From positions 449,949 through 513,948 of the forward strand of contig OZ287698.1 of NCBI GenBank assembly GCA_965649825.1: a DNA stretch of 64,000 nucleotides, written 5' to 3'. A model generated the notes under the pieces. The model worked only from the letters and a program-made list of their open reading frames with translations. It ran no database searches and was not told the origin of the DNA. The stretch is from Penicillus capitatus (lineage: Eukaryota; Plantae; Chlorophyta). Made by a program: the position numbers and the translations under genes. Position 1 is the first letter of the stretch; every line of letters starts with the position of its first letter. Of the stretch, positions 24,971 through 38,668 are shown piece after piece.

Positions 24971-25543
24971 TCACTCCATCCATTCTTCGCCTGTGCCAGT
25001 ACGTACTCAGCTAGCGATGCGATTTCTCCATCGGAGAGACGAGGACCAAATGTGCACTGCCCCTGAGATCGTGGCATGTTAGAGAAAGCTCAAGACGATG
25101 GTGTCGTTTCGTACCCTTGGCGCACAGTCGGTGCCAAATCCTGGCATGCGTTTGTTTCCGCTGTAGATGATTTTGGACATCTCTTCGATATCTGTCACTC
25201 CTGTCGCCTCTAGATCGTTCAATCGGAGTGTTCTGCCACCGAGGACGTTACCGCCACCCACATGGCACCCTACGATGACCATATCGCACCGAAGTGCATC
25301 GAGAGGAATCGATCGACCTGCACAGGACTTCTCAAACGTCGAGGCAATATCCGATGCCGAAACCGACGCCGTCAGGATGAAGGGAACGGTCAGCACAGTG
25401 ATCGTCGCCCAAGCGATCCGCCTTTGCGATCGATGCGTCGCTCGTTCGACACGGAACGAAGGTGAGGCGGTCGATCTCGATGCGTTTCGACATACGATAA
25501 GGTTCGATGGCTTTCGCCAAGATGTCAAGGACACAGGATTCAT
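24967..25543 (-). CDS. Cytochrome c6A (thylakoid lumen)
   Basis: Spliced heme motif CAG|CH, axial MPGFG, and the two-Cys loop DCAPR|GQCTFGPRL diagnostic of c6A; bipartite transit peptide. Confidence 0.92.
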
Positions 25544-25775
25544 GATCGCGTCACGTTTGACGATCGACAACCGAGATCGATATCATGGAGGCAAGCGGGC
25601 TGACCGAGAGACGATCGAACTTCGATGACATTCTCGATAAGCGACGCGCCCGTGGATTTGTAGAAGAGCTCTACTTCTATATGATACAGCGATGTTGTCA
25701 AGTGACGCGATTTCTAGGGCGATGGCATTGTCACTCAATTCGCTTACATTGCTAAGCTAACGAAGAAACAGTCCC

Positions 25776-26606
25776 ATGCCAACGCCCTACAAGGCTGGTC
25801 ATATGTCAAGCGTCGTTCTCGAGATTCACGTGGAGCGTGTTCGGAACAGGACTGGTGGATCCTGTGGTGCGTCAATACGGGGAAAAAGACGTTCATGTAA
25901 CGGGATGCCTGATCGTCTATCCCTGGTGTTTAGTGCATCTGATCGAGGTCGTGTTCATCGAACACGTGATTCCGATCGGCATCGCCTGCTGGTTTAGATT
26001 CAAAACGACATACAGCGTGCATTCATGGCCGATCTGTGGAAACAGTATGAAGAATATCAGACGTTCAAGGAATGCAAAGTACATGGTACTTGCGTCAGAG
26101 GTCTAGTCGAAAAAGCATGAACAGGTTGTGTGGAATGTGGATGATGTCCAAACACGCCTCTTTGCATCACATGTGACGTCGTTTGTGGAAATCCGGGGCC
26201 AAAAGCAGGGCATCAACACACCAGAAGAAAACCAGTCTCTTTACGCGCATTGTGTGACCTGTCACACTTTTGTCTCCAACAGGGCGCTGCAAGACGTCGC
26301 CACGCTCTACACAAAATTCCAGTCCATCAGTCACATCCTGTCGGACGTCGATGAGGCATCGCCTCGAATTCTTTCGCACTCTACCGGATGGAGTGCGGGT
26401 AGATGGAGCGATCGGAGATACTGAAGACGTTAGACGACACGTGTGCCGATCAGGTGCCCCATCCCATCGCCCTGTTATCCCTCCTCTCCCTCGAGGTCCA
26501 TCCGCGTTCACGTTATTCACATCTTCTCCCTTATACACTAAACCGTATGTGCTAGGTGTTGATGTCACCTGCTGCCTTCTTCAAATCTACGGCAAACTTT
26601 ACATAA
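25776..26606 (+). CDS. Hypothetical multi-exon protein
   Basis: Short exons bounded by splice sites give a coherent helical peptide (IQNDIQRAFMADLWKQYEEYQTFKECK, ALQDVATLYTKFQSISHILSDVDE). The family is not recognised. Confidence 0.45.
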
Positions 26607-26929
26607 AAACATGGCAGCGCTGTCTCTCGTCCATTAAGTGACACAACAACAGGTCTAAGATGTAAGAGTGCGTCTCTGGGAAACCGTTGTCCAGCATACA
26701 ATCACTTCGAATAAGTGTACGGCAATCAAGCGTCCGTCACATCAGGAGGAGGCTCCCATGATACTGTCCCGTCAAGACTTCCAAGAACAAAAGGAAAACA
26801 AAAACAAGATCGCGTTGCTCTTGCAGGACGTATCTTTCAGCTCATGGATTGTCTGAAGGAAGGCCTGTCATATAATCAAATCTAATTCGTTTCCAGATCG
26901 TCCTTTCCACTCCAATGACTCCTACGGCT

Positions 26930-28552
26930 TCACTTCAGCTGCAGTGTTCTGAGTGAAGGTAAGCTCCGTTTCAGTTCTTCCACTTCATCAGGGTTGTGGG
27001 CAAAGTGGATGAGCGTTAAGTACTTCAATCGAGTCAGGTATCCCCTGCCCAGAATTAGACAACCAGATAGGGGCTTCTGCGTTTCGTTCCGGACGGTCAA
27101 CAACTGAAGAGTAGATTTGTGGCTGAGGGATCTCAGAAAATGACGTCCATCGGTGAACCAGGAAGAGAATTCCAGAGAGGTGAGATGGGGCAGCGCGGCA
27201 ATGGCAGGTATCAGGTCTGTCTGTCTCGCCCCTTCTCCGCGCAGTGTCAGTCTCTTCAGTTTTGTGAGAGAGATGAGAAAACTGTATGGCAGTTCGACAG
27301 GAATGTCCACAACGAGGGACTCCAATTGGATGAGGGAAAGGAGATGCGTCCGGAGAATTCTCCCCCCGCCACAGAATGAAATATCGATATCTTTGAGGGA
27401 TGTCACACATGGGAGGCAATCTGCACTATGACAGGAATAGATGTGCAATTTCGTCAATCGTACAAAATCTCGCAGATCTGGCGGCGGCATTTCTTCGTGG
27501 AATTCATTGAAGATAGGATAAATGGTCAGCGACTGTAGGCGCTTCAGCTGCGAGAGCCGTTCAAAACGATCTTTATGATGCTGAATCCAAACATGGGTGA
27601 GCTTCAATGTGTGAAGGCCTTTGATATTGGAAAGGACAAGAAATGCATCATCTCCATGGATTTCGACGCCCTCCAGTTCCAACGACTCAAGATGCGTGAG
27701 CACTTTCAAAGCAGAGGAATCCATAGATGACCTCGAGAGTCTTTCCTCCTTGTTAATGCTGAGCGATACCAAACGTGACAGGCATTTCTGCAGCGTCCAT
27801 TCTTCCAATGCAAAATGCACAGGGGCGCTTGCCGTCGGTACAATCTGTAAACGTGTGAGGTGTGGCATCTTTGGTAGGGTTTGATGGTTGAGGAGATCCA
27901 TCCAGTGATGCAGTCTCAACGTCAGTTCTGTCGTGAGAGGCATGCTGGTGGCCAGGGCCTTCGATCTCGAAGTCGGTCGATCGATCAGCGCCGCCAACTG
28001 CATCGTGGATTTGAGAAAGGGAGACAAGGGATCGTCCTTATCACGCCATCTGTCTCCCAACGATTTCACCAGCGCCGTATCGGACCACCCTTCCGGTGCA
28101 TCGCGCAAGACATCCAATACAAAATCGCCTGGCGGATCGGATGTGACAGCCGTCACATGTTTGAGCGGAGCGAGGCATCGGAGGACATCTCGTCGATTCG
28201 TGGCAGACAGAGGCTTCCAACAGCCATCCCGATGGGAGAAGTGAATGGAATGGGCTTGGTGAAATCGGGCCAGTGATGGTAAACTCTCTGCCTCGATGGG
28301 CACGGAGACCTTCAATTTCACAGGCAGGTCATAACAGGCATCACGCCAACGACGGCAAACGAGGCGACATTCCTGAACATCGACATCCTCCACACGCTGC
28401 AGGACATGCCACAGAATGTCTTTGTCTTCTAATAATGCTCCTAGACTTCGGCTATCGGTCGTCGTTGTTCTTTCTGAAATCTCGGTGACGCATTGAACAA
28501 CGCGCCACAGAAATCGTTCGTCATGCAAGAGAGCCGTCAGACAACACTCCAT
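26930..28552 (-). CDS. F-box/LRR protein (intronless)
   Basis: DILWHVLQRV...ECRLVCRRWRDAC F-box followed by LxxLxxLxL repeats. The first ATG is at 28552. Confidence 0.85.
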   Translation of the reverse strand: MECCLTALLHDERFLWRVVQCVTEISERTTTTDSRSLGALLEDKDILWHVLQRVEDVDVQECRLVCRRWRDACYDLPVKLKVSVPIEAESLPSLARFHQAHSIHFSHRDGCWKPLSATNRRDVLRCLAPLKHVTAVTSDPPGDFVLDVLRDAPEGWSDTALVKSLGDRWRDKDDPLSPFLKSTMQLAALIDRPTSRSKALATSMPLTTELTLRLHHWMDLLNHQTLPKMPHLTRLQIVPTASAPVHFALEEWTLQKCLSRLVSLSINKEERLSRSSMDSSALKVLTHLESLELEGVEIHGDDAFLVLSNIKGLHTLKLTHVWIQHHKDRFERLSQLKRLQSLTIYPIFNEFHEEMPPPDLRDFVRLTKLHIYSCHSADCLPCVTSLKDIDISFCGGGRILRTHLLSLIQLESLVVDIPVELPYSFLISLTKLKRLTLRGEGARQTDLIPAIAALPHLTSLEFSSWFTDGRHFLRSLSHKSTLQLLTVRNETQKPLSGCLILGRGYLTRLKYLTLIHFAHNPDEVEELKRSLPSLRTLQLK

Positions 28553-28732
28553 TTGGTTCAATAGTTTCTTCGATGATAACACCCCGTGCGATGCGACGTC
28601 CAATGGCCTCTATTGCTGTCGCATCATTTTGTTCGTTATCTATTGTGTCGCTGGCTTTGGACCTCTCGTCGAAAACGAAATTGAAAAACAGTATTCTGCA
28701 CTGCATCCATTACACAGGCGACTGCCGCCGCT

Positions 28733-30872
28733 ATGACGCGCACATGGCTATTTGGTGCCTCCATTAATCTTGTACGGCCTTGCCCGTCTTCGTCTGTCGC
28801 TCGCTTCAAAGGCCGCGTGTAGGTGGGCAGTATCATGATCAACCTCGGCACGGTAAGTCACATCACGAGTCACACTTATGATAGACACTGCCGCGTCAGA
28901 ATGTCATGAAACTTGGACATAACAGACGCGCGGCTGCGGAGCATCGTCTGGCGAAGAAGGTACCCATTCGGTAAGACATCGAAGAGATGACGGCAGGACT
29001 TGACATTCGTGACCACCCACTGCAGGATTTTTCGCGAGTGGCAGATAGGAGTGGTTTTCTTCATCGTGGGCAACTTGGCCAACTTTATTTCTTTCGGTGC
29101 GATTCTGTGAAGCCTCTCAAAAAAAGAGTAACTGTGGGACAGGATATGCCGCTCAGTCTCTCTTGGCTGCATTGGGTTCTGTGCAATTCGTCTCTAATGT
29201 CGCATTCGCCTCGTTGGTACTTAAAGAAAAAGTGAGGCCATTACTACTGATGTCAAAAGAGTGAGAAAGCGGGGTACGGTTTAGGTGACGAAAACGATCC
29301 TTTGTGCGACAGGGTGTATTGTGTCGGGTTGTGTAATGTTGGTGCTCTTTGGCAGTCATGCCTCAAAACAATTCACCGTGGACGAAATGATGCATCTCTA
29401 TGCAGAACCGGCCTACATCGCTTACTTGATCTTCCTTGGTTCCATCGTCCTCTCAACATACTGCATCTACAAACGCGGAAAGAAAAAGATGCTGTAGGTC
29501 TCACACTCTTGCCCTGTCTCCTGTCCTCATGTATGTGGTCAGGTCTGTTGGTGTGTCTGGATTGAACCATTACTGGTATCGAATGCTGCCGGTGTCCTAC
29601 GCAACGTTTAGCGGAATGATCGGCACACAAAGCGTCCTGTTCAGCAAGACCCTGTCGACGTTACTGAGAGTGACATTGGGTGGCAACAGTCAACTGCAAT
29701 CCTGGTTCACGTGGGTTATCGTAGCCTTATTCTTAATCACAAGTTCCTTTTGGGTCAGTCGTCTAAACAAGGTCTGCATCGTGCGATCGGTCACTCTTTT
29801 CTGAAGTGTGATCGCATACAGGCACTAAAATTCTTTCCGGCCATGTTGATTGTCCCGACCATGCAAATCAGTTGGACATTTTTTTCCATCATATCAGGGA
29901 TGTTGTACTTTCAAGAGTATAAGGATTTCACACTATTCAATGGCATCATGTTCATCGTGGCTGTCATGGTATGACCCATCCACCTGTACAGAAGAGCACA
30001 TGCCTCTGTGTGTGCGCCCATACCAGATTGTGTTTTTCGGAGTCTTTCTACTGACAAAAGTGCGCGTCATAGAACAACGCTACTCGACGAGATTTGGCGA
30101 CACATTTCAAGAGGATAAGCAGAGAGAGCAGTCTGAGAGCGAAGAGAGTCAAACGGTTGCCGTATGATGATGCTTTTCTCTTTCGCCTGACTTCTGGCGC
30201 TGTGCAGAGTCGCATTGCAACAGATGGATTGCTCGAGCCGCGAGATGCCTCTTGGGATGATCGTAAGCACACAGAGGGACTCGGATCCTCTGATCCTGTT
30301 GATCTCTAGTGGAAGATGTTCGAAGTCCTATGGTAGACCGTGACCACACAGACAGCTTGCCGGGTGATCGTTCAGATTTGCCGAGCAAAGGCAATGCATC
30401 TCCGAATAAAGAGACAAAGAAAAACAGACTGTCATCGAAACTGGTGATCATGGAAGACGACGATGGCAATATGGCCGTTCACTCAAAAGAGTCTGCTTAT
30501 TCTATTCGTTTTCGTCCAGATGAGTGGATGAGAGTGTGACATTAGATGCCCGTCGTGTTCGAAAGGGCGTCTGCTAGAGGATGCCGTCGAAGATTTCTCA
30601 TTGGATATCTGGTCGAGTGTCAAAGGAAGCATCGGTATGGGTTCCGGTATGGCACCAGCTGTCACTCTGTTCGGACCACCTGGTAGACATCTCCATTAGC
30701 GAAGGTTTGGGGATCGGAGATGCGTCTAGGTGTTGGATTAGAGAGACGGTCATCTATTCGTGTAAGTACGAACGGTAATGGGGTTGTCGATCCACCAGCC
30801 TCTGAGACAATGTCGGATGCGATACCAATCATTGTTCATCTTGCAAATGAAGCTCCACTAAGGAAAGCGTGA
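28733..30872 (+). CDS. NIPA-family Mg2+ transporter
   Basis: INL|VGSIMINLGT|NVMKLGH, GTQSVLFSKTLS, FWVSRLN|ALKFFPAMLIVPTMQISW, YFQEY. The 3' exons are less certain. Confidence 0.88.
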
Positions 30873-31578
30873 CACAGATCAAGTGCAATGACAATGGAAA
30901 AGGATATGAATCCATGAAGGGTTTGAGATGAACTCTGTAGTAGAATTGTTCTGTGATAAATAAATAAACATACCAGAAATAACACAATGGCTTGACTCAT
31001 GTACGATGACGCGTAGTTGGCTGCACTTCTGATGCAACATCCGTATCTATGCGTCTGCACTCGGGGGAACATCATTGCGGCACAATCTCTGCCATCTGAC
31101 CACACAGTGGCGAAAGAACGAGATAAGGCAAGAAGGGGTGGCGGCACGAGGTGTACATGCAGCAACAAGTATCCCATATCCAAGGAGGCCGTGATTTCGT
31201 GGACTGAATCGAAAAGCGATCGTCGTCTGTTCAGGAGCCGACGCCAATGACGTCGATCTGTTCGACACGACGTCAAACGTTTCCTGCCCAGAGCTGTTTT
31301 TCTGGACGTTCGAGCGTCCAATGGCCATTTCGTGCATCCAACACACGCGTTGTCCCTTTCACGTGTCGAATCATCCTTTTCACGTGACGCCCTTTTCGAC
31401 ATCGCCAATCATCTTCCCTCAGGGCTGAGTGTTTGGTTCATGTGCCATGACTTTGGACCATCCATCTTCAGCGAGGCGTGTTGACCCCTATGGACGTCCG
31501 TCACCTCATTCATCCCTCTTAATTTTGAACGAGCGATCATGCTTTTGGAAAACGTCATTCGCCGACGCTGCACACACC

Positions 31579-34500
31579 ATGTCGGGTCTTCCCATCGGTT
31601 TTATGCTCGGAAACGTCGGACGAGATGAGAGCGATGTCGAAGCAGACTATCTCGACAGTGTTCGTGAACCCGACGACGCCGCAACGACTGCTGACCATGC
31701 TTTCCTTGTCGCCTTAGGAACAAAGGTCGGCTCTGCTCAGAACCAGCACCGATTTTCTCTTCGCCTTGCCGAAAGACATACGCGATGAGATTGCTGGCGG
31801 CCACGGTCAAGACGAGGGACAAAGCAACACACCTCCCAGCGTCGACGAGGACTTCGTCATATCCGAAGGCGATATCAGCGACGGCAGTTTACCGGAAGAA
31901 ATCACTCAAGCCATCGACCCTGGTGCCACAGACGGTACTGGACCTCCCACCCTGCCATTTTTCCTGACATGCTGTCGTACAGTGTCGAGGGAGGATGAGA
32001 GCGACGAGGAGGAGGTCGTCGAGCCAGCAGTGACCTCTGATGTGAACATCGATTTGCCGATTTTGGGATACGGAGAGAACAATGAACGCATTTTCTGTTT
32101 TTCGAAGATCTTTACCAACGGCGGAGTGAAGTACTTTCTCGATGAGCAGAGGCGAGAGGCAGAACAGAATGAGAGAAAAGCCAGACAGATGGCAGAACGT
32201 CTTCGGCGGAATCTCGAACGGCAATTGCCGCGGCCGCAACCAGTCGATGCGCTCACTGCCTGGCTGGCGGATCCAGAAACGACGTCGGAATCGGATTCCG
32301 AAATGTCACATGTGTCCGAAAAGCATGCGGAGATGGAGAACGGTGGTCAGGATGATGTGACCCTGTCCCATCCGAGCAGTCGCTCTGGCGAAAGATCGCA
32401 TCTGATCGACCAGAAACACTTTCTCAAAGGCAATCGCGATCGCTGGGAAGATCGCATTGCTGTCAACGAGGCAGAGGGCCGACGCATGTGGAAAATGTGT
32501 GAGAGAGAATGGAAGTCTTTGGGAGAAGAGACAGGACGCGTGATGAATCTGCACATCCTTGGCAACGACTGGCTCGATCACGATCAGATGTCGACATCGT
32601 CGCCTCGTCTGATCTGGGATCTCAATGATCCACACATGCGATTTCGTTTGCAAGATACATCGACTGAGGTCGATCTCACCAACGCAGTGGCCACCATTTT
32701 GCCACCTGCTGAAAAAGTGAGCTCTCTGTATGTCACACTTTTTCAGTGCGGCTGTTCAGAAAAGGCGCATCACTGGTCCGATGGCATGGCCGACAGATGT
32801 GTTCAAAGAATTGGCGTACTATAATGTGTCGAAGGATGAGCTCTATACCAAAGCGGTGCGCAATGTGGTGACGGCGAAGAATCAGGAGACGGATGGATCT
32901 GTGTCACTCAATGCTGTCTCAGCTCTGACCTTGTCGACCATTCCGATCCATGCTTCAGATGAAGAGGCACTGGACTATCACACGAGGAACAGTCACTTCT
33001 ATCCCCAAGAAAACACGTCGCAGTCCTTTATCAACAAGAATCTGCCAGAGAACAGACTGGAGATCATCTTTCGAAACGTGACTGGCAGAATTGCCACCGT
33101 TGTCAAGAAAACGGAAGAAACGCAGACACTGTCCATAGGAGACGTCTACAGACAAGTACTCTTGCATCGGCCGATCTGCTGGATGTCATCCTTCTGCGTC
33201 TTCAGGTTCAGCCAAAGGCATTTCCCGAGGCCAAGGATGAAGTGCCGGTCTTCCTGTTGGAATCGCCAGCCCTTCGGCCGATTGAACAGACTCGGACATT
33301 GCAAGACATCGTACAGAGTTTTCAGCTGACCTTGAACGTTGTGATCTGGGTGCAGTTTGAATTGACCAGCTTCGTGCCAGATTCCGCCACGGAGCTGGCA
33401 TCTGCCAATTCAAAACTGCCCGTCCGACCTCCCGGGGCATTTGGAAGACGGAAGGAACTGACAGCAACGGATGGGCACGTCCTGCTGCTTGAATACCTCG
33501 AAGAACATCCGCTCCTGCATTTCTATCCAGGCACAGGACCTGTCCCATCAAATCTCGATACCTAAGACAGCTCACTCGCCGGTTCATAGGTATGGGCGTC
33601 GTGCTGCAGACGACGTGTCCAACAAAGGAAGGCAAAGATGTTCAGACAATCCAGGAACAGCTGGAGAAGAAACACGAAGCTGTTAAGTGGAAGTACGGTC
33701 AGGTGAAGATGCATCCAGCCGGCAAACCTTCCCCCTTCATTGGTCCTTTCCAAGTGGACTCCTGTTTACCACTCTGATGCATCATGCCTTGGATCGTCTT
33801 TTAGAACGATGCCCCTGTGTTTGGCGTGGAATCGCATTTGATCCGGGCTCCCGCTTGCTCCTACGATACCAAGCCTACGGATTTTCTCCTGGTCTGGTCT
33901 CCCTCTGGAAACTGGTCAATTCGGCGCATTACGGGGGCACTGGCAGTGGGTCAACAGCAACCACTAGTCAAAATTCATCCACCGTTGGCGAGCACCATCA
34001 AAGACTTTGAAGAACGGCGCCTCGTCTCCTACGCCTGCCGCAAACTGAGTCAGCAGGTGCGGAAGACGGGAAAAGATACGAAACACAATGACACAATCAT
34101 CCACGTGGATGAACTGACAAACATGTTTCCTGTGCTCTCCGAGAGTGTCATCAAGTCCAGACTGAAAGACAGATGCCAATGTATTCCCATTCGGGGAGAG
34201 GAAGGGAGTTTTGCTCTGAAGGCCGGCGCGACGCATCATTCGGAATCGGAGCTGCGTCAGATCCTGAGTCCTGAAGAGGCCAGTGCCTACGACAGTTGTC
34301 GAATGTTCAAGGCGCGAATGGCCAGATTAGGATTGAAACACGTCGATCGGTTGACACAGATTCCGGCCGACAAATGGAAATTGGCACTCAATCTGTTGCC
34401 GGAACGCATGAAGCAGGTCGCTCTGTACATTCAGAGAACGATCCAAGGGGCACCTTGGAATCAGAGCGAAGGATACCATGCATGGAAAGGAGGAAAGGGT

Positions 34501-36300
34501 CAAGTCAGTGTCGTTGGCCCCGGAGAGCCTTCTGGACGTGGTCTCTGCTGCTCCTTTACAAAAGAGCATCTCAGAAAGACGGAAGACAGTGCTCTGCCTG
34601 TCAAACCGCAGCCGGTGATTACGGGGACCAAGGCAGATCTGCGTCGCCTCGGTGCAGAGGAGGCGATTACCGCTTTGCAAGGACTGCCAGAAGAGATGCA
34701 GTCCATGATCGAATTCGAAGATCTGCGCAAGATGGATCGATGGGAGATCATCCGTCATGTCCGTGCCATCGCCACAGCGGCAGTTCAAGACGGCGTGGAA
34801 CTGAGCCCAGAGCTATCCAAATTCGCACGCAATCCGCGTTCCACCGTGCAAATCGCTGTCGGATTGAAGAGAAAAGTCGAACAAGTGTTCGCAAAGCAGC
34901 TGAAGCTTCTACACAACGAAGAGGTCGAGACCAAGCCCCTCCCTCCTAAAGAGAAGACGCAGATTCGCCGAGAGGATCTTCCGTCCAAGGCAGGAAAGAG
35001 ACGAGTGCGCCGTATCGTTGTTGAGGGGGATGGCAGTCAGCGAGAGGTGATTCTGGCGATGGACATGTACGATCGGATTCTGTGGGGTGGCCCCGATGGC
35101 ATTCGTCAGACAGAAGGGGAAAAGCAGATCATTGAAGGTCGTCATCCGGTCGCGACAGTTATGGAGGATCAGATCGTCGAGCGTCCCTTGATGTTACAGA
35201 AACCCGTTATCGGAAATCGTTCACGGACGATTGCTCAGCTCGGGCAGTCTAGAATCGTCTTTAATAAGATGCCATCGAGGAGGAAATTCAAGCGGCCCAG
35301 GACAAAACTGACGAAGGAAGAGATCTGGGGCAGTCGCTATCATTACTTCGATCGTAAGCCACGACAGAAGAACAGAAAACCGCGAAAAGAGATTCACTTT
35401 ATCCATACCATCGAAAGCCTGGAACAGGAGGAGTTGCTGAAGGCCCTGGCAAAGCCCAAGTCCAAGAGAGCACTGCAGCAGGCCCTCTTTCAACAGCAGC
35501 AGATGATAGCCGCCGGCGAATCGCTGGGAGACCAGGAAGAGAGTTATCTGATGCGACAGGCATCGCTCTTATCCGAGATGGGATTGAGTGGCTCACTGGA
35601 TCTCGGCAGTCTCTCTCTGGATGGAAAGGCACGGATCCCTTACAAGACCAAGGACGGAAGACGGATGACGGGACGGAAGGTCCTCAATACAAAACTCCTG
35701 AGCAAGATTCATCACACCGTCATCCGTCATCCCCGTGCAAAGTACTTCAAAGTGAGATGCAGAGCTGATCTGGGTCACTTCTTCCGTCAGATGATGTGCA
35801 CTTGCAGTTGCAAGTGAACAAAGGCGTGGCACTGGACTACAATGACTATGTCTCCCCGATGGACGAGATCTGGTTGGACAAGATCGGCAGCAAGATCCGC
35901 GGTCTGAAATACAACACAGGGCAGATGTATCTGGACGATATGCATCGCCTGAGAGATAACGCTGTCGCCTACAATACTCCAGGCAAGGGGCGTTTTGGAG
36001 GACCACGTAAGTGCGAGACATCTCTTGCACAGACGGCCATATGCTCATCGCTCTGCTGCAGAGATCGTCGAATTTGCCAACAGTATTGTCGCTCTGGTGG
36101 AGGAAGAGATCGATAAGTACAAGGAGAGCATCGCGGAAGAGGAAGAGCGCATTCGATCGGAAGATACCGAGAAGGTTACCTCACTCTTCTTTACCGTCTG
36201 CTTGCCTCGCGTCTTGACCGAGGGCCTTGTGCAGGAGCTCAAACGTGTTGAAAGTCAGTCAAGCAGCGTTCGGGATATGGCTGCGGTCACGAATGGGTGA
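31579..36300 (+). CDS. TAF1: TFIID subunit 1
   Basis: N-terminal GFMLGNV...DYLD TBP-binding motif, LLEYLEEHPLL...GMG, TDFLLV, CSYDSC-like region and a C-terminal bromodomain (YLDDMHRLRDNAVAYN). Confidence 0.92.
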
Positions 36301-36360
36301 AGGAGTTTCGTGTCTCGTTATCGAACGGCATCGCTTCGTGACTCGTGGCTGTGCGTTTGT

Positions 36361-37870
36361 ATGGGCGATAAAGCGAATGGATCTGCGGTATCTGTTGTTG
36401 CGGTTGTTGAACCGTCCTCTGTTTTTAGAGCCAGCGCCCTGCATTGTACGTGCATTCCCGTCTTAACCCTGCTGAATGAGATGGCGCGTCGTAAGCTCTT
36501 TTCGCCGAGGACAAAATCACAGATAAAGCGTCAAACCGGCGAGAAATGCGCCGAGCGTGGCAAATCGACAAAGGCCTCATCAACACAGCACAACACAGCG
36601 ACCGGGGAAACGGTCTGCGTCCAAGTCCGGGATACATTTTGCGTGGGCGTCTCGGCGAAGCTGCGCACGGAACTCTGGCAGTCAATTCTGAAACGGCCAG
36701 GCATTCACAACGAAGCGCGAAACGACTACGACTTCTACCTGCAAAAGGCAGACATAGACGCTACAACCATCGACCCTATTCCTCACCCACCTGCCTTGCT
36801 GTCTGCGCAGGAGATTTCGCCTTCTGTCGTGACATCAATCGAAAAAGATGTCGGACGGACCTTCCCCGAGGTCGACATGTTTGGCAACGAGAGAGGACAA
36901 CAAGCGTTGAAGAATGTGCTGTTGGCATACGCTGCGTACGATCCCGAAGTGGGCTATTGTCAAGGAATGAACTTCTTGGCCGGGCTATCGCTTCTCTACC
37001 TTCCGATGGAAGCTGATGCCTTTGGGACGCTGGTGCTGTTAATGCAGGAACGAGGATTACGTGATCTCTACACGCAAGACATGAGTCTACTCGAAGCACG
37101 TCACATCATTAAACTGTATGGATGCTGACCCGTCTGTGTGCTTGGATTGGCAGGTATGTTTGTTTCAACTCTCGCAGCTGTTACCCGAAAGCCTGACAAC
37201 GCACCTCGAGTCCATGGGTGCTCTGCCCGTTCTCTTTGCCTCCTCTTGGTTTCTGACCTGTTTCGCCGCCGCCTTTCCGCTTCAAATAGCTGCTAGGTCA
37301 GACAATGCACACGCATGATCAATGTCGATTCAACACCTGTGTGCTCATACAGGATTATGGATGTCGTCCTCTGCGATAACGTCGACACCTTTATGTTAAA
37401 AGTGTCTTATGCCCTCATCATGAAAAACCGTAAACGTATCATCTCGGCATGCAGTATGGAAGACATCTTAGAGCTCATGACAGTGACATTACCAAGCAAG
37501 AGCACCACCCACTGATGGATGCTCTCTTCTGATGACGGTGTGTTTGGATGTGTGTAGAATGGAATGCTCAAGATCTCCAAGATGTCGTAACAGAGGCTCT
37601 CCAGATAACGTGGAACAAGAGCCAACGTGCTATCGTGGAAAACACTGCCAGAATTGAATCGTTATACGACACCATCTCGCGTGTGGAAGATGCCTTGTCA
37701 GAGACACCCCATCCCGGTACCATCTGTGCGTCCCCTCTGACTGCAGGTCGTCCTGATCTCTGTGCTGCGTGTGTCAGATGATGATTGCTCAAAGAGATCG
37801 ACCCCTCGACGGTCCTTCCTCCCAATGACTCTTTTTCTGCCCCATGGCCTTACCTCAAATGTCAAACTAA
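36361..37870 (+). CDS. TBC-domain Rab GTPase-activating protein
   Basis: IEKDVGRTFP, YDPEVGYCQGMNF, LFASSWFLTCF. The start codon is uncertain (36361 or 36481). Confidence 0.9.
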
Positions 37871-38668
37871 AAGCGTTTCAGTACATGCACATCCCAGTCC
37901 AGTCTTTGATGCGAAGATTTCGCTGAGGAGAAGATTTAACGCACGACGCCTATTCTTGTGACACAAGCCCACGTGGGGATGCTATCTGAGGTCTTTATTT
38001 ACAGAATTCCCCTTCATTTACGGACGCACACACACACTCATCAATGGAACCCCCTTATACCAAAATGTCTTAATTGTTATCGCAACTCCCTTTCCCGAGT
38101 CTGCTGGTAAATAAGGGGATGGCGGGTAATGTCATTGCCTGCAGCTTGTATCAATAATCCTGAAGAGCTTGAAGATCTGGAGCTATGCTGCTGTGATTCA
38201 TGACGGGACTTGCTACGTTGAAAAATTTCACTCTCACATGAGGGTGCTTTTGGTTAAAGTTCTGGGGGTGCAGCTTTCTTCCGTCTTTCCGAGCACTGCT
38301 TTTACATTAGACACTGACGCTTTGTGACGACCGACAAAATTCGTTGTTGTAATGACACACCTTTTTGAAGCTCAGTAGTCAGCCACAGAACGCAGCTCTA
38401 TTCTCGTTTGATGCTTTTTCGTTCATGGACCAACGCAACGACCGTTCCATAAGCCCGAGAACACAGAGACGAATTTGCTATGTCTCTCACTGAGATCAAA
38501 GAAATAAAGAGGGCGCATTTGATGATATCCAAAACGAGAATCTTTCCACGGCGATGATGATTCCTCCTGATGCATTCTTTCTTAGCGTACATACATACAT
38601 CTTTTCGGTACACCAATACGTACGTGCGTACATTCATACATAGTGCCTGAAGATTTTTGCATGGGCGA

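Noticed and set aside
30836-31408. 190-aa minus-strand ORF between NIPA and TAF1
   Set aside because: No recognisable domain and no consistent splice model; it overlaps the probable NIPA 3' end. A small gene cannot be excluded.
37871-38668. 800-nt gap as a hidden gene or ncRNA, including an ATG 6 nt after the WW-gene stop
   Set aside because: Trial translations and splicings gave only short unrecognisable peptides, and no tRNA or snoRNA structure was evident; probably two 3' UTRs.
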